In this document: positions 19,711-29,837 of the stretch, piece by piece
Layout of the letters: each line of letters begins with the position of its first letter
Position numbering within the stretch: the first letter of the stretch is position 1
DNA from: a virus
Taxonomy: Duplodnaviria; Caudoviricetes
Virus record (IMG/VR): IMGVR_UViG_3300020042_013351
Coordinates: 16,890-80,889 of that record
DNA length: 64,000 nucleotides
Reading direction: 5' to 3' (one strand)
The notes under the pieces: generated by a model
The model's input: the letters and a program-made list of their open reading frames with translations, nothing else
Told to the model about the DNA's origin: nothing
Database searches by the model: none
Made by a program: the position numbers and the translations under genes

Positions 19711-20925
19711 TTAGATACTGTTGTTGTATCTGTTGAGATTGGTGCGCATGTTGCTGCCATATGGAGTAGCAAACAGTTCTGAATAACATTCAATGTTGTT
19801 GTTGCGTTCCAAGAATCTACTCTCCGCAATTTTGCGATATTTGTATTGTTTTTCACTGTATGCATTGGTGCGGCGCAATGTATCTTCAATGCAGTGCAAC
19901 ATCTCCTCTCCTGAGTTGAATTTAATGGGAGCATCTTTGTAAGTACACAAATCTTGGCATGCAACTGGCAAACCATATGCGCATGCTTCAATGTATTTGA
20001 TGTCGCTTTTGCATTTGTTGAAGTTGTTGTCTTGCAATGGTGCAACCATCATTTGAACCCCCAACTCTGACAGCTTTTTAGGATAATCGTACAGTGTCTG
20101 CCAGTTGTGAAACTCCATGTCACCTTTTTGAATGTATGGAATCAACTGCATAGGAGCTGCACCCATGAACACCCACTGATATTTGTGCCTGGAATCAATG
20201 ATGGCTTTGATCACATGCTCAAAATCATCTTTGAACCCTGTCTTATTTTCAACATCAAAATGTGCACCAGATCCAGCATACAATACACGAGGTTTCTTTT
20301 TGTTTTTTTGCAGCAACTGTGTATTGCGTTGTGGATTGAAAAATTGACCGCACCACCACTCTGGCGGAAAGTTGGGAATGACTGTAACTTCTTTTTTGCC
20401 CAATTTGCCGCGGAAATAATCACGCATGAAGTCATTGGTAACAGTCACTTCATCACACAGGTTCATAATCTCTGTGACCACTCTGCGAGTTTCATCATTG
20501 TCAAATGCAAATTTGAATTTGTTGTAATCTGGAATATCTTCTTTGAAGACTACATCATCAATTTCGTAGATGAGTCTGAAGTTGAATTGTTTTTGCAGAT
20601 GTTTGAGATAATGAACAAATTCCAACTGTTGCACAGTTGCTTGTCTCTGCACTCGCACAGCTTGCAGTCCACTGTACATGCCATCTTGAGTAGTCATGAT
20701 GGTGCTGGTGTGAACCAAAGCCTTGCCTTGTGCATTCAAGTAGTGTTCTGGCCAAATCATGCGCCAGAAGCCACATCCAGACAAGTCAGCTGCATATTGC
20801 AAAATTCTTGGCAGTGATGCTTCTGGTGGCTCTTGTACAACAGGTGCAGTTGGCTGAATTAAAAACTTGGGTGTCTGAAATGGAGTTTTGCTAAACGGTG
20901 TTGCTGCAAAAGGCTGTGGAAACAT
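19711..20925 (-). CDS. glycosyltransferase, GT-B-like
   Basis: GCGFWRMIWP, YEIDD, APLQDNNFNKCKSDIKYIEA; start moved to MFPQPF (TAAATG-N5-ATG). Confidence 0.8.
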   Translation of the reverse strand: MFPQPFAATPFSKTPFQTPKFLIQPTAPVVQEPPEASLPRILQYAADLSGCGFWRMIWPEHYLNAQGKALVHTSTIMTTQDGMYSGLQAVRVQRQATVQQLEFVHYLKHLQKQFNFRLIYEIDDVVFKEDIPDYNKFKFAFDNDETRRVVTEIMNLCDEVTVTNDFMRDYFRGKLGKKEVTVIPNFPPEWWCGQFFNPQRNTQLLQKNKKKPRVLYAGSGAHFDVENKTGFKDDFEHVIKAIIDSRHKYQWVFMGAAPMQLIPYIQKGDMEFHNWQTLYDYPKKLSELGVQMMVAPLQDNNFNKCKSDIKYIEACAYGLPVACQDLCTYKDAPIKFNSGEEMLHCIEDTLRRTNAYSEKQYKYRKIAESRFLERNNNIECYSELFATPYGSNMRTNLNRYNNSI

Positions 20926-20945
20926 ACATGCATTTATTGAATACA

Positions 20946-22748
20946 TTATATTTGGCAACTGACTCTGCGCGTAATGCCATTGTGTTTTTCCAAATAAATG
21001 ATCTCGCCCGTTGCAGCTTTGATACTCTCTTTGCGATGTGAGATCACCAGTGCACATTCATTGTTCTTCTCCACACGCTCTTTGATGATGTCAATGACCA
21101 TGTCTACGCCGCGTGTATCCAAGCTGCTGTCAAACAACTCATCATAAATGGTCAAGTTGTATACTACATCACCTTGCATGCGGCGAATGTCAATGAACGA
21201 AAACAAACATGCAAGGTCAATGCTTTTGCGTTCTGCACCAGAGAAGTTGAAGTAAGAACAAATTTTACCTTTGTCATTGACAATTTCCTCTTCAAAGTAT
21301 TCATTGAATTTGCATACACAGTTGGCATCCATCTTGTCAAGATAAGCTGCAAGTTTACTGTTGAGCAATTGCAGGATTTTTTTGACAATGAAAGATTTAA
21401 CACCTTCTTCACATGCAATGTACTTGACAACATCCAGCATGTTGATGAGACTGCGTTGTTTGTTGATGCTTTGCTCAACATTGTCAATGCGCATTTTCAT
21501 ATCTTGAATCAAGTCATCAAATTCAGTATCATCATTGCTGAGTTGCTCAATGTCATTGGTCAATTGTGTGCACCAAGTCTGCAGTTGATTGACGCGGTCT
21601 TGCAATCCTTCTTTTTCTTTGGCAGCAACATTGTACTTGTTGATCTTGTCTTTGTAAGCATCCACCATTTTTTTAATTTCCTTGTGACGATGCTTTTGTT
21701 GTTCAAGTTTTTGTTGAGCTTGAGCAATGTTGGTTTTGCACTCATCAATTTGCTGCTGCAAATTTTGTTTTTCTTGTGCAATGTGTTGTACATCATGCTG
21801 TGTAATGGGACGCAAGCACTTGTTACACATTGTGCCATTGACATCAATGTCTCTGAGACGCAATGTCAGGTTGTTGCAGCTCATTTGTGTAACAGCTACA
21901 TGTTGCAAATGCTGATCAACACTGTTTTGGCACTTTTCAGCGCCATCATTGAGCTGTTCAATGGCACTCTTGAGTTTCTCAACATCAATGTCAATGATGT
22001 CATTCATGCTTTGCATCAACCTTTGCATTTCTGTCTGGTTGTCTGTCTGGCGCTGTTTGTAAACCTGTTGTTTGTCTTTGCGTGTCTTGAGAACATTGGT
22101 TTTTTGTTGTCCATAGTTGGCAGCATTGCTCTTATAACCTTCATATGCTGCCAACTCTATGTCATAAGTCTTTTTATTTTCATTGTACTCTTCTCTGACA
22201 TGACCCAGCATCTTAGTAAACACTTCCAAGTTGAAAATGCCTTCAATGAACTTGCGCTTTTCAACTTTGTTTTGCGCCATGAAAGGTACAGTATCATTGA
22301 GTGTCATGATGACACAATTTTTAAAGATGCTGGGCGTTGCATTGATGAGGTTGCATATTTCAATGGTGGTATTTGCAATGCTGTCACGGGTTATGTCTAC
22401 ACCATCCTCCAGCAAAATGCATTTGCTGGGATTCAAACATCTGGTGATGATGTATTCTTTGGTGCCCTGTTCAGATGCAATGGAAAATTCCAACTCAACT
22501 GCACATGTTGCATTGGTAATGTTGTTGATGATGAGATCTTTTTTGAGTTCTCTCAAGCTGGTACCAAAGATTGAAAAATAGATTGCATCAGCAATGGTGG
22601 ATTTACCAATGGCATTTTGTCTGTCTGGCTTGTCTTTGTTGTTACCAGTGATGATGTGCAGTCCTTTTTTAAACTCAACTTCCACTGTCTCATGACCAAT
22701 GGACAAAAAGTTTTGAATTGCAACGCGGCGAAAATTGACATATTTCAT
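20946..22748 (-). CDS. recombination endonuclease subunit gp46 (Rad50/SbcC-like)
   Basis: NFLSIG, NAIGKST, CNKC Zn hook, FSGAE signature, DELFDSSLD. Confidence 0.93.
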   Translation of the reverse strand: MKYVNFRRVAIQNFLSIGHETVEVEFKKGLHIITGNNKDKPDRQNAIGKSTIADAIYFSIFGTSLRELKKDLIINNITNATCAVELEFSIASEQGTKEYIITRCLNPSKCILLEDGVDITRDSIANTTIEICNLINATPSIFKNCVIMTLNDTVPFMAQNKVEKRKFIEGIFNLEVFTKMLGHVREEYNENKKTYDIELAAYEGYKSNAANYGQQKTNVLKTRKDKQQVYKQRQTDNQTEMQRLMQSMNDIIDIDVEKLKSAIEQLNDGAEKCQNSVDQHLQHVAVTQMSCNNLTLRLRDIDVNGTMCNKCLRPITQHDVQHIAQEKQNLQQQIDECKTNIAQAQQKLEQQKHRHKEIKKMVDAYKDKINKYNVAAKEKEGLQDRVNQLQTWCTQLTNDIEQLSNDDTEFDDLIQDMKMRIDNVEQSINKQRSLINMLDVVKYIACEEGVKSFIVKKILQLLNSKLAAYLDKMDANCVCKFNEYFEEEIVNDKGKICSYFNFSGAERKSIDLACLFSFIDIRRMQGDVVYNLTIYDELFDSSLDTRGVDMVIDIIKERVEKNNECALVISHRKESIKAATGEIIYLEKHNGITRRVSCQI

Positions 22749-23782
22749 CTGTATTTTCTGTAAAGTTGCAAGCAGTATTGCTCAATTTCTTGTTTATTTT
22801 CAATCTCCAGCATGGTTATGAAGTCGTGAATGGCTTGTTCAACATCAATTCCTGACAAATCTTTGCGATCATCCACATTGAGTTGTGATGCAGCACTGTT
22901 ATAATCTACACTCAACTGCAAAGGTTTGAGTGAACCTAGTTTGGTTACCAAGTAATCTGCATCTTCTGTGCTTACAACTCTGTCAATGATGAATCTGATG
23001 ATGTTGTTGTTGCACAATTTGCGTAACAACAATGCATCAACTTGATTGTTGATGAGATTTGATAATTGCAGCTTGTAAATTAGTGGTGACTGTGTATTTT
23101 TATGAAATTCAAACTCATTGAATGAACTGTCATAAATGTAAAATCCCTTGACATTGCCACAGTCATTCAAGTCTGTTTGAAAAGGGTTGCCAACATACTT
23201 GATGGTTCCTGTTTCAAACACTCTGTCATCTCTAAAGTGAAAATGCCCACTCACAATCATGGGTGATTTTTGCAGCAATTCTTTGATGTTGAATCCATGC
23301 TCACAAACTCTGAAAGAGTTCATCTTGAATGTTTGAATTTCAAAATGACCAAATATTAAATCACATTGAGGTATATCATTGACATCAAAGCCCCATGGTA
23401 CCATGCATGCATGTTTGTTGCCAATGTAAATGCTTTGCACTTTGTCAAACACACAAATGTTTTGCCAACCACTGAACATGGCAAGTGAATGCACATCAGC
23501 TTTTTCTTTGTAATAACAATCATGATTGCCTGGAATCATGAACAGTCTGAATGGCCTGAATTTGTCCAAGATCTGGCAAGCTATGTGCATGCTGTTGACT
23601 GCCACTGCATCACGATCATGAAAGAAATCACCACAAAAAATTACATCTTGTATTTTGTGGTGATGCAATTGTTGAACAAACCAATCAGCCCAGTCCAATG
23701 CAACTTTGTGCCACATGCTGCTGTTGCAGTGTACACCAATGTGCAAGTCGCTGAAAATGGCTACTTTGTTACTCAGATTCAT
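22745..23782 (-). CDS. recombination endonuclease subunit gp47 (Mre11/SbcD-like)
   Basis: FSDLHIG, GDFFH, PGNHD, FGHFE, SGHFH motifs. Confidence 0.92.
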   Translation of the reverse strand: MNLSNKVAIFSDLHIGVHCNSSMWHKVALDWADWFVQQLHHHKIQDVIFCGDFFHDRDAVAVNSMHIACQILDKFRPFRLFMIPGNHDCYYKEKADVHSLAMFSGWQNICVFDKVQSIYIGNKHACMVPWGFDVNDIPQCDLIFGHFEIQTFKMNSFRVCEHGFNIKELLQKSPMIVSGHFHFRDDRVFETGTIKYVGNPFQTDLNDCGNVKGFYIYDSSFNEFEFHKNTQSPLIYKLQLSNLINNQVDALLLRKLCNNNIIRFIIDRVVSTEDADYLVTKLGSLKPLQLSVDYNSAASQLNVDDRKDLSGIDVEQAIHDFITMLEIENKQEIEQYCLQLYRKYR

Positions 23783-24245
23783 CGTAGTATCTGTCAGAAG
23801 CATCATCACTTGTAGTTGGCTTGCTGTAAATAAACCCATTGCCTTCTGCACTGCTGGTCAGCATTTGCTTGTAATGACTTTCTCTGTAATCTTCCAGAGT
23901 TTGATGATGCTTTTTCTCTCGCTTGATTCTGTTGATGAATGCATGAAAAGCAATGGTAGTAAAATAACTGAAAGGATTACTCTCTGATGTTATGTTGTAT
24001 TTTTTATGCTTGAGAGCAGCATACATCTTCACAAGAGCATCTCCTATCATCTCATCCTTGTATGTATAGTTGATGAAGCTGGGAGAGTAACTAAGACCTT
24101 TGGCAATCTTGTTGAGATATTCTCCTAGTGTTGAGGAGCAGTTGCTGGATCCATAAAATTCTTCAATTTCCTTCTTGAAGTTTGCTGGGTCTACATAAAA
24201 TTCTTCTTTGCTGAACTTGGTTGTAGGTCTTTTAGTTTTAGACAT
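23769..24245 (-). CDS. late-transcription sigma factor (T4 gp55-like)
   Basis: FINYTYKDEMIGDA and NPFSYFTTIAFHAFINRIKREKK match gp55. Confidence 0.9.
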   Translation of the reverse strand: MSKTKRPTTKFSKEEFYVDPANFKKEIEEFYGSSNCSSTLGEYLNKIAKGLSYSPSFINYTYKDEMIGDALVKMYAALKHKKYNITSESNPFSYFTTIAFHAFINRIKREKKHHQTLEDYRESHYKQMLTSSAEGNGFIYSKPTTSDDASDRYYDESE

Positions 24246-24267
24246 ACAACATTATAATGTCGTAACA

Positions 24268-25719
24268 TCAGTTCTCAACTAACTTTGTTTGGGTGCAACT
24301 GATTTTTTCTGTTTCGTAGATCTTAGAACGTTGCTGGTGGTGACGAATACCATATTTAAGATTGTCTGCAATGTCTATAATGGTCAGCATTTGCTTGTTT
24401 TGTGATTTTCTGAGTCCACGCCCAATGCTTTGAACCACACGAATAAAGCTTTTGCCTCCTGCTGCAAAAATAATCATGTGAAGATTCTTGATGTTGATGC
24501 CTGTTGAGAAGATGCTGCTCATGGCTATACACACAACGTTGTTGCATGCTTCTAACAGCTGTTTGCCAGCATTGCGTTGTTCCAATGAAGTATCACCATT
24601 GATGTATATGACTTGTTTTTGAGTGCATTGCTGCAATGCATTGTATAAGCATTCACCATGCTGCAAGTGATTGATGAGTATCAAAATGTTGTTGTCATAA
24701 TTTTTGCAAATTTGCGTTATGACTCTGTTTCTAAACTCATTGTTGTATATGAAATCCAACTCTTTTCTGTAGTTTTCAGTCATGTGGGCATCACTATCAT
24801 CATCTCGTGCAGCGTATTGTGGCAGAGCTTTGTATGTTATGTTGATTGCACTGACTTTTACATTGGTTAAAACTTGCTGTTCACGCAATTCAGCACTGGA
24901 TTTAGTCATCAACACCTTGCCTATCTTGCCCAACACACACCACAAATCCAATGCATCAACTGGCAAAGTTCCTGTGAATCCAAATTTGTTTTTGGTGTGT
25001 ATTTTGTCAATGATTTTGGTTATTGAATTGTTTTTCTTGATGGTGTGCACTTCATCTATGATCAATGCACCTGCATCTTTCAACCATTCAAAATTTTCAA
25101 ACCTTGATAACACAATGTCATGATTGGCAATGATGATTTGAGCTGATGCATCCAAGTTGGGCGTTGTTCCAGTCCACAAGCACATGCGAGCTGTTACACC
25201 ATAGCTTATGAAATCATTGTAGGTTTGATCTGCTAAACCAGGATCAGGAACCAAAATCAAAACATTGCTTTTGCATTGCAACAAACTGCATGCAAGTGAT
25301 GCAGTTATGAGTGTTTTGCCTGCTCCTGTTCCTAGCACACATATGCCTCTGCCATTGTTGATGCAATGTTGCACAGCAGCGTGCTGGTAATCTCTCAATG
25401 ACAAGTTGAGTTGTTCAAATACATTGGTTTGTATTTTGCTGCCGTACAGATTATCAAACAATGGTGTGCTGTTGACACTGGATGCAAGTTGCTCTGCAGC
25501 TACAAAATTGCGTATTTCATCTGCCATGCCAGGTTCAAACAGTCCTGTGGGTGTGATGGCATACAAACGCGAAGGCATGTGCCGCGCTTTGAGTTTATTT
25601 TTGATGAACTTCTTGGCTTTGTTTTCAATGCTGAAATGATGACGAATGTACTCAAACAAATTGCTGTCTGAGCACTTCAACACTGCTTTAGTTTTATCAG
25701 CATCAAATGTTACATTCAT
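24268..25719 (-). CDS. uvsW: SF2 DNA helicase UvsW
   Basis: LRDYQ, GTGAGKT, DEVH, GFTGT, STGINI, QSIGRGLR. Confidence 0.92.
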   Translation of the reverse strand: MNVTFDADKTKAVLKCSDSNLFEYIRHHFSIENKAKKFIKNKLKARHMPSRLYAITPTGLFEPGMADEIRNFVAAEQLASSVNSTPLFDNLYGSKIQTNVFEQLNLSLRDYQHAAVQHCINNGRGICVLGTGAGKTLITASLACSLLQCKSNVLILVPDPGLADQTYNDFISYGVTARMCLWTGTTPNLDASAQIIIANHDIVLSRFENFEWLKDAGALIIDEVHTIKKNNSITKIIDKIHTKNKFGFTGTLPVDALDLWCVLGKIGKVLMTKSSAELREQQVLTNVKVSAINITYKALPQYAARDDDSDAHMTENYRKELDFIYNNEFRNRVITQICKNYDNNILILINHLQHGECLYNALQQCTQKQVIYINGDTSLEQRNAGKQLLEACNNVVCIAMSSIFSTGINIKNLHMIIFAAGGKSFIRVVQSIGRGLRKSQNKQMLTIIDIADNLKYGIRHHQQRSKIYETEKISCTQTKLVEN

Positions 25720-26111
25720 GATTGTTCAAGCTGCATCAACTGAATCACGTTTTTAATGTCATATGTTGCTGAGAAGAAATTCCTTTGCACACTCTCTAAA
25801 AATTCAATGAGTAGTTCTTGCTCTTGAATTTGCTCATTGATAATTTTCATATCTTCTGTGTTGCCTACAGCTCCTAACAAATTATTCTTACTGAATCTGA
25901 TGGGTGATTCTGTTTCAACTTCCTTGGCAACATTCTTGTAAATATTATCTTTTTTGGTCTTGAGCTCTCTCAACTTGAGTTTATGTTCAATGCATCGTGC
26001 AGTCCAAAAATGACGCCTGTTGGGCAGCTGTTTTGCTACCTGCGAGATGTTGATTTCATTGATGTCCAAATCTTGTTTGATTTGCTCTACATACTTGTGC
26101 AGTGTTTGCAT
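25716..26111 (-). CDS. uvsY: recombination mediator UvsY
   Basis: 131 aa, helical, C-terminal YDIKNVIQLMQL; adjacent to uvsW. Confidence 0.75.
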   Translation of the reverse strand: MQTLHKYVEQIKQDLDINEINISQVAKQLPNRRHFWTARCIEHKLKLRELKTKKDNIYKNVAKEVETESPIRFSKNNLLGAVGNTEDMKIINEQIQEQELLIEFLESVQRNFFSATYDIKNVIQLMQLEQS

Positions 26112-26143
26112 AAATAACTATATACTATAATTTGTATAATTCC

Positions 26144-26374
26144 ATGATATTTAATCAAATATTCCGCAATACAATTGAAGAAAGCATGACTGCTGGTGGT
26201 GCTGACAGTGCTTTTGGACCTGGTGCCAACAGTACTGCATCTCAATTTTCCAAAGATAGTTATGCGCCTGGTGATGCAAGAAATGTTACTGGCAATGTTA
26301 AGATCAAAGTACAACGCCGCAACTTTCCAGAGACCACTTTGAAGAAAAATAAAAAAATCAGCAAACCTGGTTGA
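26144..26374 (+). CDS. small hypothetical protein
   Basis: MIFNQIFRNTIEE...YAPGDAR; basic C-terminus. Confidence 0.55.
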   Translation: MIFNQIFRNTIEESMTAGGADSAFGPGANSTASQFSKDSYAPGDARNVTGNVKIKVQRRNFPETTLKKNKKISKPG

Positions 26375-26456
26375 TTTATATAAAAGGTGGTATTATATTC
26401 TCATGGGTGTGAGAGTTAATGTGTGGACTAATTATAGTTAATTGATATATAATTAG

Positions 26457-26879
26457 ATGAGTGAACTCGGCCATTGGCAATACAATTCAGAAGTACCTGA
26501 TAGTTTTTATGGCTTTGTATATGAGATTACTAACCTTACCAACAACAAAGTATACATTGGCAAAAAGCAGAGTGTATTCAGACGCAAAAAAGCATTGCGC
26601 AAAGGCAAAAAGAAACGTGAAATAGTGATCAAGGAGTCTGATTGGAAAACATATACAGGCAGCAACAATGAGTTGAATAAAGACATTGCAGAGCTTGGCA
26701 AAGATAAATTTTGTTTCAACATTCTACGCTTTTGTGACAGCAAGTGGCAGCTGGCTTACTATGAAATTGAAGAACAAATCAAGCGTAATGTGTTGCTCAA
26801 TGAAAATTTTTACAATGGCATCATCAACTGCAGATTAGGCAGACCCAAAACAAAGACAGTTGATAAAGCAACACCATAG
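26457..26879 (+). CDS. GIY-YIG family endonuclease (Seg-like)
   Basis: GFVYEITNLTNNKVYIGKK, YTGS, FYNG motifs. Confidence 0.88.
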   Translation: MSELGHWQYNSEVPDSFYGFVYEITNLTNNKVYIGKKQSVFRRKKALRKGKKKREIVIKESDWKTYTGSNNELNKDIAELGKDKFCFNILRFCDSKWQLAYYEIEEQIKRNVLLNENFYNGIINCRLGRPKTKTVDKATP

Positions 26880-27417
26880 TACATATACATGCATGGTGTA
26901 TAATTACCCAATTTACAATGTTTCCATTTGCAACTTCAATGAGCTGTTTGAATTTGCAAAACAGCAGTTGCATGCACAGTGCATCAAGTATAAGTTAACC
27001 AAATGTGACAATGATTACAAGAAGATGCTGATGCATTGCATTGTAAAAGCATGTTGTGATGTAGTTGCTCAACACAAAGATACCAAATTAGTATTTTTTG
27101 TGCAGCCATCAACATTGCAATGCAATGATACACTCAACAACATCAAAGTATGTGCATGGATTGCAGGTATTCTCAAGACAATTCAGCGTTATTTGCCGCT
27201 CAAATGGTATGAATCTAGTCATGACTTAGATTACTTCAATGGCCTCATCAATCAAAACAAAGGCATCTCTTTTTTGCATCAAATCAGCAACAAACAAACC
27301 AAAACAAGCTACACATTCAGCAGAGCTCAGCAGTTTGCCAAAAGATACAACTTGAATTTTCTGAGCCGTGTATGTTTTAATGATTTGAAAATGCAGTACG
27401 CTTTATTAAATACATAA
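26860..27417 (+). CDS. hypothetical protein
   Basis: 185-aa ORF overlapping the GIY-YIG gene. Confidence 0.55.
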   Translation: MIKQHHSTYTCMVYNYPIYNVSICNFNELFEFAKQQLHAQCIKYKLTKCDNDYKKMLMHCIVKACCDVVAQHKDTKLVFFVQPSTLQCNDTLNNIKVCAWIAGILKTIQRYLPLKWYESSHDLDYFNGLINQNKGISFLHQISNKQTKTSYTFSRAQQFAKRYNLNFLSRVCFNDLKMQYALLNT

Positions 27418-27418
27418 C

Positions 27419-27865
27419 ATGAAAAGTAAGTTTGACTTGATTCTCAAAAATGCGCGCCTCAGATATTTGGTGCATGAACAAAATGAGCAAGAAGCAGCAG
27501 CCATTGCAGCACAATTGGGTGGTCAAGCAGCTCCAGCTGATGCACAATCTGCACTGCCTGATGCAGCCATGCCAGAGGAACCACAGGAACCAGAAGAGGC
27601 ACAGCAGATGAAAGACACAGACAAAGCTCTTTACAAGGATGCTGTTAATCATTTAGTTGAAGCTGTACATGATTTGATTATGAAGATCAAAGGAGATGAA
27701 GTGTCTATTGCAACTGTTCGATCACAATACATTGAAATCAATGACAGTGACTTCAGAGCCATCACAGGCACTGATGAAAACAACATTGCAGTCATTGTAC
27801 AAAACATAGACCAACTTGCCAACAAGATGCAATCTCCTTTTCAGCGTGATGCTATAAACTTATAA
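27419..27865 (+). CDS. hypothetical late protein
   Basis: TAAATA-N6-ATG; A/P/E/Q-rich N-terminal half. Confidence 0.65.
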   Translation: MKSKFDLILKNARLRYLVHEQNEQEAAAIAAQLGGQAAPADAQSALPDAAMPEEPQEPEEAQQMKDTDKALYKDAVNHLVEAVHDLIMKIKGDEVSIATVRSQYIEINDSDFRAITGTDENNIAVIVQNIDQLANKMQSPFQRDAINL

Positions 27866-29154
27866 TGAATAAATTCATTCCATTGTCTGATGTCTATTCT
27901 AATTTGAATGGTATATATCATGCAAAGCCTGTGTTGCCAAAACCATTTAAATCTTTGCAGGAGACATACAAACCAAGTGTACCTGTTGTGAACAAAAGAT
28001 TGTTTGTAATCTATGAAGATGTAGACATTGCTGCACATGATACTGCAAACAATGATTATGGAGAATATACAGTAGAAAAAGAGTGGTGGGACAATGTTAT
28101 TACACATTATCTTGCCATGCAAAAGAAAAATCCCAACATTGGCAGTGACATCAAAAAGCTGTTTGATTTGTGTGTAAATAAAAAAGTTATCAAAACTGCA
28201 GAGACTGACAAATATGTAAGTCAGTTGGATTACTTGACATCCATCATGAATTATATCTATGATGTTTCAGATAATGCAGGTGAAATTTTACAGAAAATGA
28301 AAAGCGAAAGTATTTCAAGTGCATTCATTTCCTTTCTAAATTCTAATGTCAACAAAAAAGCCAACTTATTTGACTGGCTTGACAATGTATACAATGCTGA
28401 TTTTGCCAAAGCTAAAGCACAAGTTATGACCAACATCTGGCAGTTGTTGCGCCCAGTAATTCCAGGTCAAACACGTGGCTATGCTGGGCCTGCAGAAGTA
28501 CCCATTATATTGTTTTGTGGTGGTAAAAAAGCTGCAGTAGGTGATATTGATATCAATGGCAAGCAGTTGGAACTCAAGACTAATCGTGGACGCATTGGTA
28601 CTTATTCTCCGTGGATTCAAAATAGAAAAGTAGTAGAAACATTCATCAATGGTTTTCAAGGTGAGCAGCCCAGCCAACCCATGAAAAAAACCAGCAATGA
28701 ACAACAGGTGCGCAACCAGATGAATGAGATTGAAGATACAGTTGTTGATTTAATTGATAATGAAGCTCTGAGAGCAGTGAGCGTACAAAGCAGTTTTGCT
28801 GATGTACCCAGCGACATTGTTGCATCTGCAAAACTGTGCAAAGAGCAAAATATAATTACAAACAAACAACAAGCAGGTGCTTTCATAGGCATTTGTCAAC
28901 TCATTGAATATGCTGCTAATCAAAAGTTTGATTGGTTGGGCATCATAAAATCCAATGCAGATGGTTTAACAAAACCAAAAATGGGAACAATGTTCATTGT
29001 TTCAAGCGCAGAGCTGGTGAGTGCAACAGATGGTTTGTATGCGCCAGATAAGATTTACAAAATCATGCAAATATTGGCTTCCAGCAACATGGGATTCGAA
29101 AAAAATTATGACAATGCTGGTTACGGCATTTCATTTAGATCACAAAAAGATTAA
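27865..29154 (+). CDS. hypothetical protein with PD-(D/E)XK-like nuclease motif
   Basis: GPAEV...GDIDINGKQLELKT. Confidence 0.55.
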   Translation: MNKFIPLSDVYSNLNGIYHAKPVLPKPFKSLQETYKPSVPVVNKRLFVIYEDVDIAAHDTANNDYGEYTVEKEWWDNVITHYLAMQKKNPNIGSDIKKLFDLCVNKKVIKTAETDKYVSQLDYLTSIMNYIYDVSDNAGEILQKMKSESISSAFISFLNSNVNKKANLFDWLDNVYNADFAKAKAQVMTNIWQLLRPVIPGQTRGYAGPAEVPIILFCGGKKAAVGDIDINGKQLELKTNRGRIGTYSPWIQNRKVVETFINGFQGEQPSQPMKKTSNEQQVRNQMNEIEDTVVDLIDNEALRAVSVQSSFADVPSDIVASAKLCKEQNIITNKQQAGAFIGICQLIEYAANQKFDWLGIIKSNADGLTKPKMGTMFIVSSAELVSATDGLYAPDKIYKIMQILASSNMGFEKNYDNAGYGISFRSQKD

Positions 29155-29837
29155 GATTGATTTGCTGAATAAAGCTTCTCAATGATGCCATCAAAATCAT
29201 TGTTCATGGGTATGCCATAGTAGTTGAAGAACGCTTGCTTGGCTTGAGTAAAGTTGTTAGCAGTTTGCAATCTTTGTCTGAACGCTGATGCTTTGTATGG
29301 TGCACCAGTGTCAGGATCCATTACATCAGCCATGACACGCACATATCCTCTGCCTTGACTTGCAGGCACTGCTGCATCACTCAAAGATTTATAAGGCTGC
29401 AAGAATGTGGGACCTGGAGTTTTGATCTTCATATTGAGACCTGTGCTTTTGTCAATGTTTTTGAATTCAAATTTTGGTTTATCAGGTGGTATGGGGTGTT
29501 GATCTTTGTATCCAACTGATATAATAAGAATGCTATCTGACGAACCCAGGTGAGCATAACTCTCGCCAGCATAAGGTGCTTTGACATTGATGATTTTATC
29601 AGCAGGGACACCCATGAGCTGAGTCATTACTTGTTGTTTTTCAACAAAACTGAGAGGACTCTTGGGCAGTTTGACTGAGTCAGATGTTGCAATATATACA
29701 CTGCCTTCACCATATTCTTCTGCAAGCTTGTCATATACAGCTCTATGATGCTTCAGCATGGGCTGAAATCTACCAGGATAAACAACTACATATTGTGGAT
29801 GTGTTTGTTCTAAAAAGAATTGTTCAAAGTTAATCAT
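29151..29837 (-). CDS. cytidylyltransferase-like nucleotidyltransferase (HIGH superfamily)
   Basis: VVYPGRFQPMLKHH, PLSFVEK, YKASAFR (KMSKS-like). Confidence 0.8.
   Translation of the reverse strand: MINFEQFFLEQTHPQYVVVYPGRFQPMLKHHRAVYDKLAEEYGEGSVYIATSDSVKLPKSPLSFVEKQQVMTQLMGVPADKIINVKAPYAGESYAHLGSSDSILIISVGYKDQHPIPPDKPKFEFKNIDKSTGLNMKIKTPGPTFLQPYKSLSDAAVPASQGRGYVRVMADVMDPDTGAPYKASAFRQRLQTANNFTQAKQAFFNYYGIPMNNDFDGIIEKLYSANQS

Noticed and set aside
21174-22574. Long antisense ORFs (e.g. 466 aa opposite gp46, 236 aa opposite the GT, 217 aa opposite gp43)
   Set aside because: Shadow ORFs expected from low TA-step usage on the coding strand; no motifs, promoters or sensible composition.
17119-25719. 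Introns or inteins in gp43, gp41, UvsX, gp46 or UvsW
   Set aside because: All ORFs are continuous and of normal length, with no intein or homing-endonuclease motifs.
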